DNA of 64,000 bases from the IMG/VR virus record IMGVR_UViG_3300025154_001556; one strand, written 5' to 3'. The translations under genes and the position numbers were made by a program. The DNA comes from a virus (Duplodnaviria > Caudoviricetes). Below, piece after piece: positions 21,128-32,900 of this stretch (its first letter is position 1; each line of letters opens with the position of its first letter). Under the pieces are notes generated by a model. That model made no database searches. It had not been told where the DNA came from and saw only the letters and a program-made list of their open reading frames with translations.

Positions 21128-21556
21128 TTATCCTCTAAAATTATATAAATTTCCAGCCTCATCTACAACATATGATGTATAAACAAGACTAAATGCGTGT
21201 CTTGTATCCTCATGATTAGAAGTGTCTATTAAGATAAAGTCATTATGCTTAAATTGTGGCACTCTATTTAGCTCTGTATCATGTACTATTTTGGCCTCTT
21301 TGAGTGTTACTGTGTTATTCTTGTTATATACTACATCACCCCAAGACAGTTTAGCTATGTAAACATTTTTTACAAATAACAAATATTGTTTGTAAAAATC
21401 TAGTTTTATGAACTCATTGGGGTTAATTTTGTTGGCTATACTTAAAGCAGGCCCTGATAGACGCGCATTATTCAATAAGCATTCCCCATCGGTTTTGTAT
21501 TCAACTTTTTCCCAAGATAATGCTAATGTGTATTTTTCTGCAATACTAAATTTCAT
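21128..21556 (-). CDS. Hypothetical protein with internal two-fold repeat
   Basis: YTLALSWEKVEYK...EFIKLD vs YIAKLSWGDVVYN...DFILID. Confidence 0.6.
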   Translation of the reverse strand: MKFSIAEKYTLALSWEKVEYKTDGECLLNNARLSGPALSIANKINPNEFIKLDFYKQYLLFVKNVYIAKLSWGDVVYNKNNTVTLKEAKIVHDTELNRVPQFKHNDFILIDTSNHEDTRHAFSLVYTSYVVDEAGNLYNFRG

Positions 21557-21570
21557 TTAAACCTCTTTAA

Positions 21571-22248
21571 TTATATCCATAGTGGAGTAAAAGGTATGTT
21601 GGCATTACCAGAACAAATATCACCTGCTCCGGCAGAAGGGTTACCAACAGAAGTAACAACACCTGTAAAACTTCTATCCGCGGTGCCTTGTTGACCGGCA
21701 GACACGCTGCCAGTAATACTTTCCAGAACACTTGCCATATCAAAAGTTATACCTACTATATTGCCGTCTGCTACACCAAAAGCTACGTTAGCTGAACCCT
21801 CTGTAACGCCCCTCAGTAAAACAGTTGGAGCTGGAGACTCACTGGGGTCAGACCCATCTATCCATCTGGTTAATCCCCACGTCTCTTGCCCAACCATTTG
21901 TGGGTCTGATTTGTTGTAGCTGTAGCTTGTTAATTGCCAATCGTTATAAGAAAAACTAGTAACTTCAACATCACAAGAAGCTGGGTTGACCCCCGCAGTA
22001 ATACCTGCGGGTGTACTACAACTGGTACTTGGGGTAACACTATAAGGACCTATACCAGAACCCCCTGGCGGACTATATACAGTAACATTTAAAGTTTCTG
22101 TCGGTTTTTCAACAGTTCTATATGCTGAAAAACTGCCCAAACAGTATAACCTTGTTGTATTAGGATTAACTCCCCACTGGGCAGACACACCGCAGGCACC
22201 AGAAAAAATACCTGTGATGTCTGTACCAAAACCTATTATAACACCCAT
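21571..22248 (-). CDS. Tail-tip protein, possibly tube-like fold
   Basis: GGAGG RBS; downstream of TMP/hub genes; RLYCLGS...ETLNVTVY and QLTSYSYNKS...GQETW resemble tube-fold strands (inference). Confidence 0.45.
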   Translation of the reverse strand: MGVIIGFGTDITGIFSGACGVSAQWGVNPNTTRLYCLGSFSAYRTVEKPTETLNVTVYSPPGGSGIGPYSVTPSTSCSTPAGITAGVNPASCDVEVTSFSYNDWQLTSYSYNKSDPQMVGQETWGLTRWIDGSDPSESPAPTVLLRGVTEGSANVAFGVADGNIVGITFDMASVLESITGSVSAGQQGTADRSFTGVVTSVGNPSAGAGDICSGNANIPFTPLWI

Positions 22249-22286
22249 AAACTGCCTCCTTATTACTTACTTTTACAAAGGTTACT

Positions 22287-22493
22287 TTATTTTAATCTCT
22301 CTAAACAGTTAAAGTATACTGTATAATCACAGGTATAACGTGTAGAGCAATCTTTACAAAATCTGCGTTTATAAACTTCTAACCTGGCTTTAATCTGTCT
22401 GTCCGTAAGATATTTATAGCCATCAGTAATGCTTTTACTTTTTTCAATATTATTGTCTTTATTATGTCTTCTACCACAAGCGCCGCAAGCCAT
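22287..22493 (-). CDS. Small Cys-rich protein (68 aa)
   Basis: CGAC at the N-terminus; CKDC-x5-C-x7-C at the C-terminus. Confidence 0.6.
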   Translation of the reverse strand: MACGACGRRHNKDNNIEKSKSITDGYKYLTDRQIKARLEVYKRRFCKDCSTRYTCDYTVYFNCLERLK

Positions 22494-22744
22494 TAAACAA
22501 AACCTCCATCAGTAGTTGTTATTAATGTCACATGGTTTTCATTAAAGCCCTCTGTATCAACTATCGGATTCATGTCTATTGATGCCACATACCCAGTAAA
22601 AGTCTGGTCAGCTGCGTCTATTGGGTGCCAATAACGTATACCTGGATAATTTGATATTAAAGTATAGGATACAGTAGCTATACCCATTACATCATAACTT
22701 ATGGATAAAGTGGTGCAATCTATGAATTCAATGTACTCAGCCAT
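22493..22744 (-). CDS. Small tail-tip region protein (83 aa)
   Basis: Coupled ORF, acidic and beta-strand-rich. Confidence 0.55.
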   Translation of the reverse strand: MAEYIEFIDCTTLSISYDVMGIATVSYTLISNYPGIRYWHPIDAADQTFTGYVASIDMNPIVDTEGFNENHVTLITTTDGGFV

Positions 22745-22747
22745 AAA

Positions 22748-23071
22748 TTAAAAATCTCCCACATTACCAGTAATGGCTTCATCTTCCTCTACATACTCTG
22801 AATTAAATGTGGTTTTTCCTGAGAAAACGGAACCACTTCTATCGTTTAGTCTATTAAAACTAGCGGAAGTAAGTTCTCCAAATTGTCCTCTAAAATCTTC
22901 ACTCTCTGGTAAATATTCTGAATATAAATATGTGTCATTCTGTGTTTTTTCGGCCATAAAAGTATGCACATAAAACGACCCTGCCCCTTGTGCCCCTTTG
23001 GACATAGGCGATCCACTACGTAATTTATATGTGTATCCTGTATATTTAACTGTACTAGCGCCGTCTTTCAT
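22748..23071 (-). CDS. Hypothetical tail-tip region protein (107 aa)
   Basis: GAGG RBS; packed in the operon. Confidence 0.55.
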   Translation of the reverse strand: MKDGASTVKYTGYTYKLRSGSPMSKGAQGAGSFYVHTFMAEKTQNDTYLYSEYLPESEDFRGQFGELTSASFNRLNDRSGSVFSGKTTFNSEYVEEDEAITGNVGDF

Positions 23072-23086
23072 GATTAATACCTCTCA

Positions 23087-23710
23087 TTAAGTATCATATT
23101 TTACAAATTTCACATCGCTCGAACTAGCAGAAAAATTATTAGCGTAAACAAATTCATAGTTAGCAGTAGGTAGTTGCCCTGGTTGGAATTGTGCTGAAAA
23201 ACTTTGTAAATTTAAATTACCATAATCAGCTATACCTGTATCTATAATTAATGTGTCGCTGTTATTTGTATTAAAAGACCAAGGAGCACCTATATATCTC
23301 AAACCGTACCCATCATACTGTATCTCATCTTCATAGATAGACGCCGGCCCAGAAGAAGCAGAGGCATTAATGGTTCTATATGAAACTGCAGGTATATTAA
23401 GAAAACCTAAATCCTCTACATCGCCTGCTATACTGGCCTGCCCTTCGCCTTGGTATAAAAAATATATAATGTCTTTGTCACAATTATATTTTCTTAGCCA
23501 TGGAATAGAGACATTAATTCTACCAGGACAACCTACGTGTGTGTTATTATTTATATACGCTGATATAGATACCACACCGATAGTAGGGCCTATTATCAAA
23601 TTACCTGCTACTTTTGATACTTCTGTATTTATTCTGGAGCTAATAGATATTAGACATCTGTCTAGTCCTGGAAAAGCCCCAACTAATTTACAACAAGTAC
23701 TATCAGCCAT
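23087..23710 (-). CDS. Tail-tip protein, possibly tube-like (Dit-type) fold
   Basis: C-terminal LQSFSAQFQPGQLPTANYEF resembles tube/distal-tail strands; position after the hub genes. Confidence 0.45.
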   Translation of the reverse strand: MADSTCCKLVGAFPGLDRCLISISSRINTEVSKVAGNLIIGPTIGVVSISAYINNNTHVGCPGRINVSIPWLRKYNCDKDIIYFLYQGEGQASIAGDVEDLGFLNIPAVSYRTINASASSGPASIYEDEIQYDGYGLRYIGAPWSFNTNNSDTLIIDTGIADYGNLNLQSFSAQFQPGQLPTANYEFVYANNFSASSSDVKFVKYDT

Positions 23711-24117
23711 TATGGATTCCCCGCCGTAGGTGCTGGTGTATAATCGGTAAAGTAAGTACCATATGCCGGGCCACCTTGAGCAATAGAAGAGTGGTCGTGT
23801 ATTGGTACTGCTACTATATTTACAATATATGTATTAGCGTCATTTAATGCAAAAAAGTATATCCTATTTGGATATGGTTTATTATGTGTGTACCTAACAC
23901 TTGTTTCATCATAAGTTACTGCGGTAACTTCTCCAACCGCTTCATTCTCTACAACAAAACCTCTTATAGGTAATTTTTTACCACCAGTCATAGTTACCTC
24001 CCTAAATTCAGGAAATAAGCCGTTTGGATGATGTTGTGTTTCAGTAACAGCCGGGATTTTAAGGTCTATATACATACCCGGAGTTAAACTTGTAGATATT
24101 AAATTAATGGTAGCCAT
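23710..24117 (-). CDS. Hypothetical tail-tip region protein (135 aa)
   Basis: Translationally coupled on both sides. Confidence 0.55.
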   Translation of the reverse strand: MATINLISTSLTPGMYIDLKIPAVTETQHHPNGLFPEFREVTMTGGKKLPIRGFVVENEAVGEVTAVTYDETSVRYTHNKPYPNRIYFFALNDANTYIVNIVAVPIHDHSSIAQGGPAYGTYFTDYTPAPTAGNP

Positions 24118-24710
24118 TATTCCGCCTCAGGCCCCACAACCGACGAATCAGTATAACCAATGACCGCCTCCATATTAACACTAGGTATATCTCTATCAGT
24201 AGATAGTTTTGCTGGATTATCCTTGGTTGCTAGTGTTTGTGTGTTTTCGTCTATTAAACCTTCTTTTGTAGGAATTAGTCTTGGTTCTTGTGGCGCATAT
24301 TTTAATCTACTGCTTTTAAGCCCATCACGTACAGAAGTAATAGTGGCCCAAGCAGAGTCAGAATAGGTCTGTCTTCTAGTAAATCGTTTATTCTCTAATC
24401 TATATAAAACATCTGTTCCACTTATATTCAACATTAAATATGCTGGGTCATCCCATACTGGGGAAGGAACAACTTTTTTTATGAATCCTGTAAAAATTAA
24501 TGGCATATCATCCTGTGTTCCAGCATATATGGCTACTTCTCCAGTTACCGCACTTAGATTTTCACCTAATACTTTTAAGGAGGCATTAAAATTAGACGTT
24601 GTGCCTCTGCTTTTATTAATACTAAAAGATTGTATATAAGGAGTTACTATTTCTAGTTCAGTCTCTTTACAAACTATTTTAGCCCTAATGTGAATTAAAT
24701 CTATGGCCAT
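24117..24710 (-). CDS. Baseplate hub-like protein (N-terminal hub domain)
   Basis: IQSFSINKSRG...LIFTGFIKKV...LNISGTDVLYRL resembles phage hub/Tal N-terminal domains; two genes after the TMP. Confidence 0.55.
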   Translation of the reverse strand: MAIDLIHIRAKIVCKETELEIVTPYIQSFSINKSRGTTSNFNASLKVLGENLSAVTGEVAIYAGTQDDMPLIFTGFIKKVVPSPVWDDPAYLMLNISGTDVLYRLENKRFTRRQTYSDSAWATITSVRDGLKSSRLKYAPQEPRLIPTKEGLIDENTQTLATKDNPAKLSTDRDIPSVNMEAVIGYTDSSVVGPEAE

Positions 24711-24721
24711 TTATATTCTCC

Positions 24722-26905
24722 TTATGATTCCATAGGAACATTATATATTTTTACTACTACTTCATCACCAACTCTTATGATATCTGATATAGCGCTGTAA
24801 GCCGTTACAATGCCTATCCCAGCTACTAAAACTTTATATCTAAGGCAGTTACCTTCATCTTGTATTACTATACCATTTTCTGTAATAGACTCAACTTGTT
24901 TTGTGTATTGTCCACCGGTTACCCCAGATATCAAACCGGTGTTGGGTATATAAGGGCCTTCTGTTACGGATATTGTGTAAGAACCCATATCTGTATAGGA
25001 ATAGGTTATATTATTAATTACACCCCCTTGTAGCCCAGTACCACCTAATTGTGGGTTACAGTTAGGACCACAAACATAACTTATCTCTAATGTCTTATCT
25101 CTATTTAGTATTTCCTTTAATCTATAAGAAAAATTAATTGTTTCTTGTTCTGATAAAGTAGCCATATTTGTTTCAAATATTTGTGTCCCATTTAATGCTC
25201 GCATTTTTATTTCATAATCACTGTCTTGTAATGCCTGTACAGTAGTTGGGTCTGAATCTACTATGGCAGATGCTTGATCTACTAGCTCACCATTAATGGC
25301 TATTGGGGCTGGATCATCTATAACAACAATTGGTGCTATTTCTAAACGTAAATCTTGTGCTATTTCCAGTGCGCGGCCGTGAGGATCATATATCTCCACA
25401 GAAGGTATATTTAAATCAATCTGTGCCCAAAGTTGTTGTACTAAATAACCAGCACCTTCTTTTGGTATTAAAGTGCCTTTACCTACACCAGGATCAGAGT
25501 TTGGTTCATTAGCTAAAATACAGTTAGGGTGCAGCTTAAAGGAAACATCTGTTCCATACGTACCCCAGTCATAGGCGTGTGCATTATTGATTACCTGAAT
25601 ACATAATTGACCTGTGTCGATATTATAGCCAATACCATAATCTACTCCTTCTTCTAATACGTAAGCTTTTGGAGTTAAATCATTAGCTATTACAAAAACC
25701 TCAGTTTGTTTTAGTAACTCTAATTTTTCTTCATTACTTTGGGATTTTAAAAAATTAGCCACAACTTCGTCATTTTTAGGGAATGATTTGCACATGGACA
25801 GCTCTTGCCCGACTACAAATATTTTAGAAACTCTAATTAAATTATCTGTCTGCACATTCCTAACAGTCGTGTATCTTAAACTATTTGGTAAGCTTATAGG
25901 TATAGTTTCTGTACCATCGCAACTTATTTCGTAGCTTAATCCTTCATAGCATCCATTTTCTGGTGTAGATTGTGGTTGAAGTCCAATCCACACATCACGT
26001 TTTTTTAATACGCCGATATTAACCGAATTATTATTTATTGGTACAGCCTTAGCACTAATAATTCCTTTGGGACCTGCAAGTAGGTATGGCACTGAGGATT
26101 GTTGTTTGACCGATACTTTTGTAAGTCTATCAACTTTTGGTCCTGGGTCTAAATACCATAACCAACCGACTACTTTTTCCCAAACAGATTGTACTTCATA
26201 TATACTTTCAACACCATCATTAACTGCCCAAGCATTTAAATTAGGATCTTTAAATGTTACCACTGCGTGTCTTTTGTATGTGACTAGCGGGCAATCACTA
26301 GATATTTGACTAGTGTCCCAAATCAAAGCCTGAGCTAGGCTGTATTCCGACTCTTCTATTGACATACCTTCTTCGGAATTAACTTCTTGTACATTATAGA
26401 GTAAATTTACCCAGTCGCGTACTTCTCTTTTTGATCTGGGTTTTTTACCTGTGACTTTAACACTTATCTCAGGAACATCAAATGTGGTGGATACTACACT
26501 TGTGTATACATCAGTTATACCACCAGACATAGAACCTATTTCTATTATACTAACATTACCTTCAGGAGTAACTACAATCTCTAATGGGTTGTTATATAAT
26601 CCCTTAGCAAAGGGTTCTATTAATGACATTTTTATGGCAGACATTGTATCAACATCTTTGATGTCCACACCAAGGAGTTCCCCACTAGGATCAATACCCA
26701 AAGCAGATAAATCTGATGGTATACCAAAAGTATTAAGGATAGTACTAACTAAGGGGCCAGTACTTTGTTGTGACATTAAATCAGAAAGCTCTTGATCTAA
26801 ATCAGCATAATTTACTGGCAAACCATTAATTATATGGTAATTGGTCCAAGTACCATCGGCCTTTTGATGTACATCATTAGGTATTCTATATTCAGTAAGT
26901 GCCAT
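24722..26905 (-). CDS. Tail-tip/baseplate hub-associated protein (727 aa)
   Basis: Immediately follows the TMP; C-terminal GGVINNITYSY...YTISVTEG and a terminal OB-like segment (IIRVGDEVVVKIY). Confidence 0.5.
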   Translation of the reverse strand: MALTEYRIPNDVHQKADGTWTNYHIINGLPVNYADLDQELSDLMSQQSTGPLVSTILNTFGIPSDLSALGIDPSGELLGVDIKDVDTMSAIKMSLIEPFAKGLYNNPLEIVVTPEGNVSIIEIGSMSGGITDVYTSVVSTTFDVPEISVKVTGKKPRSKREVRDWVNLLYNVQEVNSEEGMSIEESEYSLAQALIWDTSQISSDCPLVTYKRHAVVTFKDPNLNAWAVNDGVESIYEVQSVWEKVVGWLWYLDPGPKVDRLTKVSVKQQSSVPYLLAGPKGIISAKAVPINNNSVNIGVLKKRDVWIGLQPQSTPENGCYEGLSYEISCDGTETIPISLPNSLRYTTVRNVQTDNLIRVSKIFVVGQELSMCKSFPKNDEVVANFLKSQSNEEKLELLKQTEVFVIANDLTPKAYVLEEGVDYGIGYNIDTGQLCIQVINNAHAYDWGTYGTDVSFKLHPNCILANEPNSDPGVGKGTLIPKEGAGYLVQQLWAQIDLNIPSVEIYDPHGRALEIAQDLRLEIAPIVVIDDPAPIAINGELVDQASAIVDSDPTTVQALQDSDYEIKMRALNGTQIFETNMATLSEQETINFSYRLKEILNRDKTLEISYVCGPNCNPQLGGTGLQGGVINNITYSYTDMGSYTISVTEGPYIPNTGLISGVTGGQYTKQVESITENGIVIQDEGNCLRYKVLVAGIGIVTAYSAISDIIRVGDEVVVKIYNVPMES

Positions 26906-26909
26906 GTAT

Positions 26910-29900
26910 TTAGCCTATATTCCTATTAGCATACACTAGTGTCATTAAACGTTTTAATTGCCCATCAATAGATGTTAGTTCAAACTTTAATTTACTAATG
27001 TCGGTCCTTTGCCTATTTATATAAGAGTCAATTAATTTTGAATTATTATTCAAAATATCTTTTTTAACTTCCGCAATTCGTACATTTATCTCAGCCTGTA
27101 CATCCTTTCCAAAAGATTCCTGTAAATTAGTTAACTTAGAATCTATTATGTGTATTTGTTCATCAGTTTGCTCTTTAACAAAAGCTATACTTTCTAATGC
27201 GGTATCTAAAATTGTACTATCAGCACCTACGGATTTAGTATTATTTATGGAGTCCGCCAGGTTCTTAAACATAGTTTCTAGATTAGATGTATCTAGTTTA
27301 ACGTTTGAAGAATCCAAAGATATCTTATCTGGTATACTACTTATTACAGAAGTTAGTTTATCAGTAATACCGTTATCGTCCAATTTAACATCAAATACTT
27401 TATCCTCTACTTTTAAGGGAGCTATATCAGCCAACTTTAACTCTTTGTCCTCTACACGTAATACTCTATCTTCTACCTGTAATTTTTTACTTTCATCCCA
27501 AGTAAGTGTAATACTTTTTTGTTGGGCATTAGTAATTGTATTGGTAGTAAGTTCACTATTAACAAGGCCACCATCAGCAAAGCGTCTTGGCAATACTACC
27601 TCACCTTTCTCTAAATAATGAGGACCAGTAGATCTCGTTACGCCGCCGTCATGCATAATAGGCATGAATCTTCCACCTTCAAGTTGCTTATTACCTTTAA
27701 AAGTGTCGCTTAAAAGATTACTATTTTCATCTAAATTACGTGTCTTTAAATAGTCCTCAATAATAGTTTTAACACGTGCGCTGTCACCTTCACTAATACT
27801 CTTAACGGCCAGAGCTCTAAATTCATTTGTTGTTAATAAACCCTCCAACTCTTTTGGCATGTTTTGTTTGGCTGCCAAATTACCGGCATAATTCCAAAAT
27901 GTGCCCTCATCAGTTTCACTAATTTTAGCACCGCCCATAGGCAACATTGCATCTAATTTACCAGTATCCCTAAGTCCTATAACCCTTCCTATATTGGAGG
28001 TTAAGGCTATACGATCCTCTACATCAGCAAGTACGTGTCTTAACGCCCGGAGCGCCGGACTGTTTTGTAATGTATTACCAGATGTAACTAATTTATCAAA
28101 TTTATTTAATGACTGTCTAGCTTGCCATACATATTCTTCCGGAAGATAGCCAGCATTAGGCTTACCTGTCTCTTTATCAATACCATGGGATAAGGCATTA
28201 CGCATGATAGTTGGATCTTCAAGATAATTTCTAAGTTGCTCTACTTCTGGATAAGCTGGGCCTGCTGCTGCGGTCATACTTGACATCTTAGCACCTTTAT
28301 ATAAGTAGTTAGGTGTAAAAGTCATAGTATTTGTTTGTTTTTCGGTGCCCACATCATTTGCTGCTAAACGTCTAACGTTTTCCTTTATATCTCGCGTGGC
28401 AGTAAAATACTCTTCGGCGGCGCCCACTCTTCCTGCATTGTAAGATTCACCAAAAGTAGTTTTTCTTTCTGCCATTTGAGTCATAAGTTGTTGTTCTTCA
28501 GAAGACACTCTTGAAGTAGTAGCTCCTAATAAGTCTTCAGTTTTAACTCCTTTTCTTAATTGTTCCTCTTCATTTAAAACTGAGGCCCTTGCTTTAGCCA
28601 GAGTTAATACCTCCTTCTCTGTAAACATGGGTATACTACCGCCGTCAGCCAGGTTATTTTCCTTCATGATGGCTTCTAGTTGTTTTCTGCGCTTGGTAAG
28701 GATGTCCTGTGCGCCGGACGCAGAAAACACGTTGCCGCCGTCAGCCAGGTTATTTTCCTTCATGATGGCTTCTAGTTGTTTTCTGCGCTTGGTAAGGATG
28801 TCCTGTGCGCCGGACGCAGAAAACACGTTGCCGCCGTCAGCCAGGCCTGGCATAATACCTTTTTTATTTATATAGTCCAGGGTATCATAACCAAGTTTCT
28901 GGGCCGCATGGGCGCGTATTACGTATTCTCCTGGACTAAGCATAGCCGGAACTTTATCCTCTCTTGGACCACCAGGACCTGTAATGTAACCCCCGCGAGC
29001 CTTAACAAGAGGTGTAGCAGCATCGACAGCAGTAGTCTCTGTCGGTTTATCCTTTAAAGCTTTATTTAACTCTTGTAGTTGAGTTGTATTATTATAAAGT
29101 GCCTCTATTTGTGCTTTAAAATAAGCGTCATCCGCTAAGTGTAGGTTCTCCAAATCAGGCAAATTCAGCGAGGGTTTTTCAAATAAATCACCACGTGATG
29201 CAGCATCCTTCTCTGCCTTAGTTAGTAGGTCATTGGTTTCTTTTAAAGACATGAGGTAGTCTGCTTTTGGGGCAGCAAAATTGTACCCTTCTACCCCAGC
29301 ACCAACTGCTAATGGGGCCGCAGTCAAAAGTGTTGCAGCCTGGGGCCCCATAAAAAATTCAGCAAGCAGGGCTATATCAGGTCCCATAGCAGCCAGAGCA
29401 GATGCACCTAAACTTAAAGTACCTTTTGAAACAAAATCCTTAGTTGGGGTATCTGTAAAAACAGATGGTTTATTACGCGCATTTTGACGTTCTTGTTCAC
29501 TAATAAACATGGCCTGTCCAGCTGCAAATTGGTTTATCCTTGCTTTTATTATTGGATCGTTAACATCAAAACCTTGTTGCTCAGCCATTTTTGTACCAAT
29601 AAATGTAGCTTTTTCTTTAACAGCTTTTTCTTGCGCTACACCAGGAGGAACTATATTAATATCCTTAATGGCAGCACCTACTGCCCTGCTGGTTAAATTA
29701 ACAATAGCATTGCCTAATGCATTGTTATATTCTACAAACTTTGGTATAACTCTACCTAATTCTATAACCAAATTCCCCGTAGGCACAGAAAGAGCATCCA
29801 AGGCTTTGTTAGCGGCCACTAAACCAGCCATAGAATTTTGTTCCACTTCACTTACATATTTTTGTACAGGCGATTGAAATTTTGCTGTTTCTAGGGTTGG

Positions 29901-32900
29901 AAGTAGTTTATCTGTTTCTCCAGGAGTTTTAAATAGCTGTCTTAACTCCGAGGAGGGAACGCCTAGTTTTTCAGCTAATGTTTCTAAGATCTTTTGTATG
30001 TTAATCAATTCTTTAACCACAGGATCAGAGTTCATTAGAGTTTTTTCAAGGTCATGTTGTATTCTTGCAAAGCCCTCTTTTACTTCTGGTGTTATTGCCA
30101 CCGCTCTGGTGCTTTCAGCCATACCACCAAATTGAGACATGTATCTCTGGTATTCTATGGTTCCTTCCCCATACTGGGCTTTGGCTTTTTCTTTTACTGC
30201 TCCAATAGTAGTTTCTGATTTTATGAAGGTCGCTTGAGAATTTTTAAGTTCCTCTAATTGTTTTAAAGACCCAGCATAGTAAGCTTTTGTGCCGGCATCT
30301 TCATTACCAAATGATATTCTTTCAATTAAAGTATCTTCCATGGAATTTATGGCATTAACCATAGTGTCTAAACCTTGAAATTGCTTAACCAAATCTTGTT
30401 CTTCACGTACCCTAGCCTTTTCCTGTGGCATATGGGTTATTTGGTCAATAACTTTCTGAAGATCATTACCTTTAAGATTGCCAGAAAATAGTTGTGTATA
30501 TAAATCAGCTGTTCTTATTTCAAATTCATCAGCAAATTTGCTTAAAGATATACCACCACCCATTAAAGCATCTATTTGCTGTGTAGGTGTGACCATTCTT
30601 TTAGCAAAAGGACCGCTAGCACCAACCAGGGAATCCATGGCCAATTTAAGATTTCTAGTACCTTCTAATCCGGCACTAAAACCCTGTACGCTTAAAGATT
30701 TAAAACTTTCATTAAATACGCGTAGACTTTTACCTGTATCAAACACGGTTTGCGTTATACTGCCTAAGGATTCCATACTATTTTTAAGGGTTTCGAAGTC
30801 TTCTGTTAAATCAGACGTCTCATCACTTAATTTTAATATTTCATCTTTATATGCCTTAGTTTGATTGGTCTCTTTATCGCCGGCATCTAACAGCTTTAAT
30901 CTGATATCTGTTATTAATTGCTCTCTATCTGCTATTTTTTTACTTACATTTTCTGTTAGAGCTTGTGCCGATTTTAGTTGATCTATCGTGTTTTTTGTAG
31001 TTCCTTGTGATGATTTAAAAAAGTATTCTTGATCACTTAATTCGGCGTCTTTACGTTTAAATTGCAAATCACCTCTAAAACCAGATAATTCAGGATTCAT
31101 GGCAGCAGTCATTGACGTTTTAGATTGAGAAATTGATCTAGTTATACTAGAAAAATCTTCAACTAATTCGGTATTAGCCCGTTCAGATCTAGCCTTCTTA
31201 AAGGTCCCTTCAATTATTACAGGCTCTAAATCTATTTTTATATTCTTTATTTTAGAAACTTGTCCTTTTATAGCATGTTCGTACTCGTCTATTAAAATAT
31301 CCACATTTTTAAACCGCTTCTTTTCTTTACTACTTAACCCTACTGTTTTATCCAAAGCGTCTAATTCTTGTTTTTCAATATAGAGTTCAGTAAGCTTAGA
31401 CTGCATAAGATCTGTTTTACTTTGGGCCTTTTCTAATGCTTTAAAAGAAGTTTCTGCCTTTTGGTATTTATTTATTGTAAATACTTTTTCAAGTTTAACA
31501 CCTTTTCTAGGATCTTGTATAGAAGCCAAACTATTTATAAAGGTGGCCACTGATTCAAAATTAAGGTCCTTAGCAAAAAAATCTAGATCAGTGAAAAGTC
31601 TTCCTAGATTAGTAAAAAAGTTTTTACCTACCTCTGAAAGATTTTTAGCTTTTGATACCAGCTCCTTATCTTTAAATAGCAGATATTGTTCTGTTGTCAT
31701 ATCCCGTGTACTTCTAACACCTAAGTCAACTTGGGGTGGATTATACTTACCTCCTAATAAACCACCAGGTTGAGGTACAGCGAAATTACTGGACCAAAAA
31801 GATGGCCTAACAAAACTTTTTACACCGTAAGTCATGGACTCTTCCACTAATTTACTAAACCTATTTTTAGCATTTGCTGTTATTTCTACATTGGATATAG
31901 CGGCAGCCATATCATTTAATTCCTTTTCTAATTCTTCAGCCATTTCAAGTTTAAGCATCTGTTCTTGCATATCAGCGGCCTGTTTGTTTATGACTTGCGC
32001 CTGCTGTTTATAGACTTCTTTCATATCTTTTATGGCTTGTTCCACTTTTTTCTTTTCAGCATCAACATCCAATACTTTGGATTTTACTTCTGTTCCTTGA
32101 AGTATTTTATCGGTTGTAGCATTTTTAATAGCCTGCTCATTAAGGGTATTAAATATTTTTTGTGCTGATGATGTGTTTTTCTGTATCAAATCCGCTATAA
32201 GGGTGGACTCAGCGGCAGATTTTTTAGAAGCTGTTGCTATCTCAGTAAGTTTTTCATTACTTTCGGCTAGATAACCTGCCATAGTAGCCGCAGCTGCTGT
32301 GGCTAGTACTTGTGCAGGTCTATTAATGTCTGGGTCTGTTATTGGGCCAGCAACAGCACCGCCTGTGGCGAAAGTTGGTAATTTGCCATATTCATTAATG
32401 TAGTCTAGCTTACTTTGACCCAAATGTTTGGCAGAGTCGGCCTTGATTATATATTCACCGTTACTCACCCTAGCTAATATATCGTCTGATGTACCAGTAC
32501 CTTCGCCCGCTATTGGACCGCCAGTAGCCATTTTAAAATTAACAGCATCTAATAATTTTTTTAAATCATCTGGTAAATTTAAAGTGGCCTCTTCACCCTT
32601 GCCTACTTTAATTTTAGACAAAGTAGTTACAGCTTTATGTACCTCAGGATATTTTTCCTTTAATACATCCAAAGCCATTTCCTCGGACCCTTTAAGTACA
32701 TCAGATAACTCAGGGTAATCTTTAAGTATATCATTAACTTTACGTAATAAATCGGCTTTGTTTTTAAGTTCGTCTTTGCTTTCTATCAAACTGTTTTTAA
32801 CGGCACCACCAGTAGCAAAACCTGTTAAATCTTCTGGATTATGTGTTTTACTGAATTTATCCAATCTGGCATAACCAGCGCGTCTAGCAGTTGCAGCATC

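Noticed and set aside
28639-28845. 96-bp repeat as a CRISPR array or DGR template/variable repeat
   Set aside because: Copies are adjacent and identical with no spacers or adenine-specific differences; no reverse transcriptase seen.
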